64,000 nucleotides of DNA, from the NCBI GenBank assembly GCA_044376115.1, contig JBILLK010000002.1:421673-485672 (forward strand), read 5' to 3'. Each line of letters starts with the position of its first letter. The first letter of the stretch is position 1. Made by a program: the position numbers and the translations under genes. Below are positions 57,492 through 64,000 of this stretch, piece after piece. Under the pieces are notes generated by a model that saw only the letters and a program-made list of their open reading frames with translations, was not told the origin of the DNA and ran no database searches. Source of the stretch: Polyangiaceae bacterium. Lineage in GTDB: Bacteria; Myxococcota_A; Polyangia; Polyangiales; Polyangiaceae.

Positions 57492-60185
57492 TCACTTGCC
57501 TCCTTGGCGAATGAAGTCGCCTAGGTCTTTGCCCTCGATCTTGATCGGCTGACCGGGTGTTGGACTGGGTGCTTGCCCAGGTGGTGCTTGGCCCTGGGCG
57601 CCCTGCGGTTGAACGGGGATGACTCGAGGAGGGAGAGTCGAGGTAGGTCGCGTGACCGTGATGGTCTCGACAGCCTCGCGGCCAAACACGTTCTTCACCG
57701 TCACGGTGATATTGCGTGTGCTGCCTTGATTGACCACGAATTGGTACTCCTGCATCGAAGCGGAGAAGTCAGGGGTTGCACCCTCCCCTGGCTTACCGTT
57801 CTCGCTCCACTTGTAGGTGTAACCAAGCCCGGGTGCAGCCTTCGCGACCACCTTGCCCGAGGCCCGTAGTTCAGCGTCGTCAATCGAGACCGAGGCGTGC
57901 GGTTGGACGAAGAACCAGCCGAGTCCGGCGACGCCGAACACAACGCCCGCTGCATAAACCTGCACGCGGCCTGTGTGGAAGAGACGCAGGACTGCGCCGG
58001 CTACCTGGGTTGCTGCCGAGGTGAGCCGTGCGAGCACGCCATCGACGATCCACTGGTCCGCCATGGTGAAGATATCGGCGAGCGCATCAACCATACCAAT
58101 CACGGTTGCGTCGTAGAGCTCGTCGATGCGCCACTTGTCGAAGATCAGCTGGTAGAGCCGCGGCCACGAGGTCTTGAACGTCTCCTCGGCTCGGCCCTCG
58201 CCCTTCAAGTAGATCGCGTAGGCCAACCCAATTCCACCGAAGCAGGCGAGCGCACCGGGCACCATCATCAGCCACATGGTTCCGCCGTGCGGGGCCATCC
58301 GGGTGGTGACACCAAGCGCAGTGGCCTTGGCAAAGATCGGCTCGAGCTTGTGAATGAGCGGCGCAATATGCAGCGGCTCTGCACCGAGGAAACCCGCGAA
58401 CAACGCGAAAGCCCCGAGCACCACCAGCGGCAACGTCATCGGCCAGGGGGACTCGTGAGGCACCGGCCCTTCGAGCTTCTCGTCGGTCTCGTGGTCGCCA
58501 TGGCCGTGGTCGTCATGGCCGTGGTCGTCATGGCCGTGGTCGTCATGGCCGTGGCCATGAGCGTGCGGATCAACCCAACCTTGTACGATCTTCCACCCGC
58601 GGAACTCGCCGTGGAAGGTCAAGAAGTACGAGCGGAACATGTAGAAGGCCGTCATCGTCGCGCCCAGAATGCCTACCCAGTAGATCGCCGAACCGAGCCA
58701 TGCTGGCGGCAACCAGAGATCGGTCCGTGCAGCGGGACCACGGGTCTGGTTGATGAACGCCTTCCACAAGATCTCGTCCTTCGAATAGAACCCTGCGGTG
58801 AGGAAGGGGAAGCCGGCAATCGAAAGGCACGAGACCAAGTAGGTGGCGTGCGTGATCGGCATGAACTTGCGCAGACCGCCCATGTTGAACATGTCTTGCG
58901 ATTGGTCGGTGTCGTGGATGCGACCGTGCATGGCGTGAATCACGCTGCCCGCGCCAAGGAAGAGGCAGGCCTTGAAGAACGCATGGGTGAACACGTGGAA
59001 GAACCCAGCGGTAAAGGCTCCCACGCCCACGCCGATGAACATGAAGCCAAGCTGACTCACGGTTGAGTAAGCCAGGACCTTCTTCAAGTCGCGCTGGAAG
59101 AGACCCATGCTGGCGGCGAAGATGGCGGTGGCTGCTCCGGTAACCGTGACCACCGTCATCGCGGCCGGCGAGAGGATGAACACGTCGCTCATGCGGGCCA
59201 CGAGGTAGACACCGGCCGTAACCATCGTCGCGGCGTGGATCAGCGCGGAGACCGGCGTCGGGCCCGCCATGGCGTCCGGCAACCAGACGTAGAGCGGAAT
59301 CTGCGCGCTCTTGCCCGCACAACCGAGGAACAGCGACAACGCGACGAGCGTCGCGGCCTTCACCTTGATGGCCTCTTGGGGCAAGAACGCGTCAGCGAGG
59401 AAGGCGGGCCAGATGCTCTTGTCGGCGTATTGAGCATGCCACTGCGCTTCGGTCGGAAGGTTGCCGAGCGGCCAAATCGTCACATCCGCGGCGAGCAGGT
59501 TGCCCGAGGAGTTGCGGATGCCATCAAAGGTCAGCGCGCCGCAAAAGTAGACCAGCATCGCCATCGCGCAAAGTAGACCAAAGTCACCGATGCGGTTCGC
59601 GATGAAGGCCTTTTTGCCTGCGGAGGCGTTCTTGTCCTCGGTGAACCAGAAGCCAATCAGCAGGTAGCTGCAAAGGCCGACGCCTTCCCAACCAACGAAC
59701 AAGATCGGCAAGCTGTCTCCCATGATGAGAACCAGCATCGAGAAGATGAAGAGATTCAGATAGGCGAAGAACCGGTAGTAGCCGGGATCATCCTTCATGT
59801 ACTCGCTTGAGTAGAGGTGGATGAGGAAGCCAACGCCAGTCACGACCAGCATCATGGTTGCGGTCATCGCGTCGACGCCGAAGGCGACGTCAACAGGCAC
59901 GCTCGAGCCGCCGCGCCCGCTTACCGAGAGCCAGTGCCATGCGTGCCAAAAAACCTTCGGCGCGGGCTTTCCTTCTTCACCGTGAAGGCCCATCACTACG
60001 ATGAAGGTCATCACGCTGGCGATGAATGAGAGTGCCATGACCGAAAGGGCCATGAGCCGCACGCCCTCTTTGCCGAGGCGCTTGCCGAACACTCCATTGA
60101 CGAACGCGCCCAACAGCGGCAGCGCGATGACCACCGCGAGCAGGGCGAAGTCACTAACTGGAAAGAGCTTGGTGATGGCGTTCAC
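57492..60185 (-). CDS. nuoL: NADH-quinone oxidoreductase subunit L (897 aa, extended)
   Basis: GWEGVGLCSYLLIGFW, KSAQIPLYVWLPDAMAGPTPVSALIHAATMV, THAFFKA. Confidence 0.95.
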   Translation of the reverse strand: MNAITKLFPVSDFALLAVVIALPLLGAFVNGVFGKRLGKEGVRLMALSVMALSFIASVMTFIVVMGLHGEEGKPAPKVFWHAWHWLSVSGRGGSSVPVDVAFGVDAMTATMMLVVTGVGFLIHLYSSEYMKDDPGYYRFFAYLNLFIFSMLVLIMGDSLPILFVGWEGVGLCSYLLIGFWFTEDKNASAGKKAFIANRIGDFGLLCAMAMLVYFCGALTFDGIRNSSGNLLAADVTIWPLGNLPTEAQWHAQYADKSIWPAFLADAFLPQEAIKVKAATLVALSLFLGCAGKSAQIPLYVWLPDAMAGPTPVSALIHAATMVTAGVYLVARMSDVFILSPAAMTVVTVTGAATAIFAASMGLFQRDLKKVLAYSTVSQLGFMFIGVGVGAFTAGFFHVFTHAFFKACLFLGAGSVIHAMHGRIHDTDQSQDMFNMGGLRKFMPITHATYLVSCLSIAGFPFLTAGFYSKDEILWKAFINQTRGPAARTDLWLPPAWLGSAIYWVGILGATMTAFYMFRSYFLTFHGEFRGWKIVQGWVDPHAHGHGHDDHGHDDHGHDDHGHGDHETDEKLEGPVPHESPWPMTLPLVVLGAFALFAGFLGAEPLHIAPLIHKLEPIFAKATALGVTTRMAPHGGTMWLMMVPGALACFGGIGLAYAIYLKGEGRAEETFKTSWPRLYQLIFDKWRIDELYDATVIGMVDALADIFTMADQWIVDGVLARLTSAATQVAGAVLRLFHTGRVQVYAAGVVFGVAGLGWFFVQPHASVSIDDAELRASGKVVAKAAPGLGYTYKWSENGKPGEGATPDFSASMQEYQFVVNQGSTRNITVTVKNVFGREAVETITVTRPTSTLPPRVIPVQPQGAQGQAPPGQAPSPTPGQPIKIEGKDLGDFIRQGGK

Positions 60186-60186
60186 G

Positions 60187-60498
60187 TCAGTTCCTCAGGA
60201 GGTCTGCGTCATCCGAACGCACTGTTTTGCGGACTCGGAAGAACGAAAGGACGATCGCAAGACCGATAGCGGCTTCACTCGCCGCAACGATGATGATGAA
60301 GAAGGCGAACACCTGGCCGCCGTGACTCTGCGGGTACATTCGATTGAAAGCCACGAGCGTCAGATTCACCGCGTTGAGCATCAGCTCGATGCTCATGAGC
60401 AACACGAGCAGGTTTCTTCGCAGGAGAAAGCCCACCGCACCGACCGTGAACAACACGCCGGCGACGGTGAGGAAGTATTCGAGGGGGACCTGGTTCAC
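60187..60498 (-). CDS. nuoK: NADH-quinone oxidoreductase subunit K
   Basis: RRN....MSIELMLNA, GQVF, AASEAAIGLAI. Confidence 0.95.
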   Translation of the reverse strand: MNQVPLEYFLTVAGVLFTVGAVGFLLRRNLLVLLMSIELMLNAVNLTLVAFNRMYPQSHGGQVFAFFIIIVAASEAAIGLAIVLSFFRVRKTVRSDDADLLRN

Positions 60499-61166
60499 GA
60501 CGACGCTCCTGAGCCTTCGGGCTCAACGGATTTTTCTGCGTGGATAGCGCCGTGACCCAGCCCGATCACGGCTTCCGACTTCGCCTTAGCCACCGCTTTG
60601 GCTGCTGACTTCTTGGCGATTTCACGCTCGACGACAGGCATGAACAGCGCAGCTCCTTTGCCGCTCGCCACGGCCATCGCACCAACGACGGCAACCAGCA
60701 GCAACACGCCGGCGAGCTCAAACACGACCACCTTTTGCGTGAAGATCTCACGCCCGATCAACTCGACCGTTCCCATGCCGGCCGGCGGCGGGGTCATGCG
60801 GGTCAGCTCCGAGCCACCGCCCATGCGAGTGATGACCCACAGCGAAAAGGCCGAGAACAGCAGGAAGACGAGCGCACCCGCGTAGCGTCCGAAGGCGCCG
60901 CGTGCGTCGCTCGTCCCTGTGGAACTAGGCCCAATCAACATGATGACGAACAGGAAGAGAATGACGACCGCGCCTGCGTAAACGACGACCTGAACAGCGG
61001 CCAGCAGCTCTGCTGCGAGCAGCAGGTACATGCCGGCGACGCCCAAGATCGTCGTCAACAGGCCCATCGCCCCGCGAATGGGGTTACGGGCGGCCACGGT
61101 GAACACTGCGCCCAACAGGACAAACAGCGTGCAAACAGCGAAAAAGACGACTTCTAACTTAGCCAT
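60495..61166 (-). CDS. nuoJ: NADH-quinone oxidoreductase subunit J
   Basis: RNP, Q.VVYAGAV.ILFLFVIML, FEL..VLLL.A.VGA. Confidence 0.95.
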   Translation of the reverse strand: MAKLEVVFFAVCTLFVLLGAVFTVAARNPIRGAMGLLTTILGVAGMYLLLAAELLAAVQVVVYAGAVVILFLFVIMLIGPSSTGTSDARGAFGRYAGALVFLLFSAFSLWVITRMGGGSELTRMTPPPAGMGTVELIGREIFTQKVVVFELAGVLLLVAVVGAMAVASGKGAALFMPVVEREIAKKSAAKAVAKAKSEAVIGLGHGAIHAEKSVEPEGSGASS

Positions 61167-61199
61167 TCGAGTGCGTGCCTCGTTATGCGAAAGCTGGGG

Positions 61200-62603
61200 T
61201 CAGGACCCCTCGGCCCGACGGGGAGCCGCTGGCTTGCGCGGCGGGAAGAAGTCGGGAGCCAACGTGCCTGTGCCCGACTTCCCTTCACTCTTTACGTAGG
61301 CCTCCAGCTCCTTACGGAACTGCTTGAGGAAGCCCATCGTCGGCATCGCCGTGCCCTCACCGAAAGCACAGATGGTGTTACCCATGATGTTGGAAGCGAT
61401 TTCACTCATGCGGTCCAGCTCCTCGAGCTCGGCGGTGCCCTCACTCACCCGACCGATGATGCGGTTGAGCCAGGCGCTTCCTTCTCGGCAGGGCGTGCAC
61501 TGACCGCAGGATTCATGACGATAGAACTGGAGGAGGTTGCGGAACGCGAGAACAGGGTCCGCCTTGTCCGAGAGGACGATCGCGCAGCACGTTCCGAGCA
61601 TCGTGCCGAGCGTTCGATACGTATCCACCCCCATCGGGACGTCGAGCACGCTCTTGCCGTGCCACGGATGCAGCGGGCTCTTCTCGTCGGGCGCGTTGAC
61701 CACGTCCTCCGGTCGAAGGATCGGACAGCTTGAACCGCCGGGGATTACGCCAAGCAGCTCCCCGTGGAGAACGCCGCCTCCGAGGTCGTAGATGAGTTCT
61801 CGCAGCGTCAGGCCAACCGCGCACTCGAACACGCCAGGAGTCTTGACGTGGCCGCTTACGCCGAACAGGCGGGTTCCGCCGTCCTTGAGGTGGTGGAGCG
61901 CAGAGAGCTTGCTGAAGTTTTCCCCCCCCATCTCGAGTGCAGTGGGGACCGCAGCGATGGTCTCCAGGTTGTTTACGGTGCTCGGCATTCCGAAGGCGCC
62001 GGCCTGCGCGGGAAACGGCGGCTTGAGCCGCGGCTCGCCACGCTTGCCCTCGAGCGAATTCAGCAGGCTGGTTTCTTCACCACAGATGTAAGCCCCAGCG
62101 CCCGTGTGAACGTACACTTCCACAGCGTAATCGGTGCCAAACGGCTTCGCTCCGAGATAACCCTTTGCCTTAGCTTCTTCGATCGCTCCCCACAAGCGAG
62201 CCTTCGACAGATGGAGTTCATCGCGAACGTAGATGTACGCGGCGTGTGCCCCAATTCCGAAGCAGCCGATGATGCAGCCCTCAACCACTGCGTGAGGGTT
62301 GAGCTCCATCAACGTTCGATCCTTGAAGGTCCCCGGCTCCCCTTCATCAGCGTTGATCACGAGGTAGTAAGGCTTGTCCGCCTTCGGCGCGGGCATGAAC
62401 GACCACTTCACCCCCATCGGAAAGCCTGCGCCTCCACGACCGCGGATGTTTGCAGCCTTCATGTCCTCGATCAGGGCTTCGCGGGACATGCTCGAAAGCA
62501 CGCGCTTTGCTTGCTTGTAACCCCCATCGCGTTCGTAGGGGGCGAGCAGGTGGCCGTCTTTTTCGGTGTAGCGCTTCGAGAGGTAGTTGGTACGAACAAG
62601 CAT
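61200..62603 (-). CDS. nuoF: NADH-quinone oxidoreductase subunit F
   Basis: GRGGAGFP, NADEGEPGTFKDR, GAGAYICGEET, ESCGQCTPCREG...TIC. Confidence 0.96.
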   Translation of the reverse strand: MLVRTNYLSKRYTEKDGHLLAPYERDGGYKQAKRVLSSMSREALIEDMKAANIRGRGGAGFPMGVKWSFMPAPKADKPYYLVINADEGEPGTFKDRTLMELNPHAVVEGCIIGCFGIGAHAAYIYVRDELHLSKARLWGAIEEAKAKGYLGAKPFGTDYAVEVYVHTGAGAYICGEETSLLNSLEGKRGEPRLKPPFPAQAGAFGMPSTVNNLETIAAVPTALEMGGENFSKLSALHHLKDGGTRLFGVSGHVKTPGVFECAVGLTLRELIYDLGGGVLHGELLGVIPGGSSCPILRPEDVVNAPDEKSPLHPWHGKSVLDVPMGVDTYRTLGTMLGTCCAIVLSDKADPVLAFRNLLQFYRHESCGQCTPCREGSAWLNRIIGRVSEGTAELEELDRMSEIASNIMGNTICAFGEGTAMPTMGFLKQFRKELEAYVKSEGKSGTGTLAPDFFPPRKPAAPRRAEGS

Positions 62604-62612
62604 GGTTTCCCC

Positions 62613-63122
62613 TTAGCGAGCCAAGCGGTCGAGGATCTTGTCGAGCGAGTCGATCGTCAGGTTCTCGAAGTAGTCCTTGTCCACCTGCACCATCGGTGCG
62701 GTGCCGCAGGACGCGAGACACTCAGCAGTTCTCAACGTCACCTTGCCGTCCTTCGTGGTCTCTCCAGCCTTTATGCCAAGCCGCTTCTCGCAATGCGCGA
62801 GCATGGCGTCCGACCCGCGGAGCGCACACGACAACGTCCGGCAAACCCAAAGCTGATGCTTACCAACCGGGTGCTGGTTGAAGAGTGTGTAGAACGTGAC
62901 GACGCCCTGAACATGCGCGGTGGAAAGCTCCAGCCGGTCAGCCACGAACTGGATCACGCCCGGGCTGACCCAACCGTGCTCATCCTGACAGAGGTGAAGC
63001 GCGGGAATGCACGCTGCCTGCTTGTTGGGGTAGCGCGACATGATGCGAGTGAGTTCTTTTTCCCCGGCTGCGGAGAGCTGAAACTCAGCTGAATCATGCA
63101 AACCTTGTGCGGTTGTTTCCAT
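62613..63122 (-). CDS. nuoE: NADH-quinone oxidoreductase subunit E
   Basis: V.TFY, C-x4-C and CL.SC..AP 2Fe-2S motifs. Confidence 0.95.
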   Translation of the reverse strand: METTAQGLHDSAEFQLSAAGEKELTRIMSRYPNKQAACIPALHLCQDEHGWVSPGVIQFVADRLELSTAHVQGVVTFYTLFNQHPVGKHQLWVCRTLSCALRGSDAMLAHCEKRLGIKAGETTKDGKVTLRTAECLASCGTAPMVQVDKDYFENLTIDSLDKILDRLAR

Positions 63123-63426
63123 TGCGACCTATTTCTCGTTAGGCTCCAACTTGCCGGGCTCACACTTCGGGCGAGCTGAGTCGCGGCAGACGGCCGGGCG
63201 TTCTGCGACGTCACGGAACTTCCGACCAGCGCTGGCGGCGCGAACGCTAGGGTTGGCCAGCCCTTCGTGTCAAGCGCTGCGAACTTGGCATTTCACTTGT
63301 GGTCCCGGCGAGCTTGCGAGTAGTCTCCGCGGACTTCGTGCGGCTGCGCGAAGCGGGGCTCTATCGGTGGCCTTGAATTAGGCCTAACGGGTGGAGTTCG
63401 ACCAGAGACCCCTCCGGAGGTGGTGC

Positions 63427-64000
63427 GTGTTTTGTCCCAATTGCGGAACGCAGAATGCTGAGGCCGCGTCAACGTGCGTAAAGTGTGGCTTTAATCTGCG
63501 CGGCGCTGCAGCCCCGAAGTTTAAGGGCACCATGCTGATGAGTCAGCAACCAATGGCCCCGAACATGGGCGCTCCCCCGGGACCGCCAGGGCCTGGAATG
63601 ATGCCGCAGCAGCCTATGAACCCGCATCTGGCGGGAACGGTTGTCGGTGTGCCGCCGGCGGGCATGGGCCAAGGGCCGGGCATGGGCCCGCCGCCAGGTC
63701 CGCCTGCACCGGGCGGCTTCGGTGGTCCCCCTCCGGGCGGCGGCTTCGGTGGTCCCCCTCCGGGCGGCGGCTTCGGTGGTCCCCCTCCGGGCGGCGGCTT
63801 CGGTGGTCCCCCTCCGGGCGGCGGCTTTGACCAGCCGGGAGTAAACCCGCTCGGCGGAACGATGGCGATTGATCCCGGTTCTCCGATGGCGGGCCCGATG
63901 GGTGGTCCCCCTCCGGGCGGCGGCTTCGGTGGTCCCCCTCCGGGCGGCGGCTTCGGTGGTCCCCCTCCGGGCGGCGGCTTCGGTGGTCCCCCTCCGGGCG
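63427..64000 (+). CDS. Zinc-ribbon protein with Gly/Pro repeats (runs off window; absent from ORF track)
   Basis: GGAGG SD then GTG: MFCPNCGTQNAEAASTCVKCGFNL...KFKGTM; frame open to the window end. Confidence 0.85.
   Translation, partial: MFCPNCGTQNAEAASTCVKCGFNLRGAAAPKFKGTMLMSQQPMAPNMGAPPGPPGPGMMPQQPMNPHLAGTVVGVPPAGMGQGPGMGPPPGPPAPGGFGGPPPGGGFGGPPPGGGFGGPPPGGGFGGPPPGGGFDQPGVNPLGGTMAIDPGSPMAGPMGGPPPGGGFGGPPPGGGFGGPPPGGGFGGPPPG
63712..64000 (+). repeat. 27-bp coding tandem repeat (GGFGGPPPG)
   Basis: GGCGGCTTCGGTGGTCCCCCTCCGGGC x4 (63712-63819) and x3 plus a partial unit (63901-64000). Confidence 0.95.

Noticed and set aside
63285..63300. Sigma54-like TTGGCATTTCACTTGT upstream of the Zn-ribbon gene
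   Set aside because: The -12 element is GT rather than GC; too weak without TSS data
63641..63844. ORF with AAASVVPLR repeats
   Set aside because: Alternative frame of the 27-bp repeat; the GGFGGPPPG frame has the SD, the start and the Zn ribbon

Overview
GC-rich, gene-dense chromosomal segment. Its gene content (Cys-rich Ca-binding surface lipoproteins, eukaryote-like Ser/Thr kinase, TPR/PEGA proteins, mevalonate pathway, split nuo operon) points to a myxobacterium, probably Polyangia-like; this is an inference. Recognisable housekeeping genes: yfgM-bamB-like pair, greA, mutY, tRNA-Gly(CCC), mlaF-like ATPase, glgP, clpS-clpA, acyl-CoA dehydrogenase, rhomboid, apaG, serC, agmatinase, a prenyltransferase-mvk-mvaD-pmk operon and nuoE-F-J-K-L-M-N. 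I found no CRISPR array, integrase, transposase, prophage or recognisable defence system. Best candidates for something new: (i) complex I membrane subunits with extra domains plus a co-transcribed lipoprotein; (ii) a coupled diiron ferritin-like + PLP lyase gene pair; (iii) several apparently catalytically altered proteins (pseudokinase-GYF-TM-AgmX-like, Hsp70/actin-fold, pseudo-hydrolase, pseudo-sulfatase-HEAT, pseudo-receiver); (iv) -10 boxes 6-8 nt before start codons that lack an SD, suggesting leaderless mRNAs; (v) three short tandem-repeat arrays. All assignments come from reading motifs by eye; no database searches were run.
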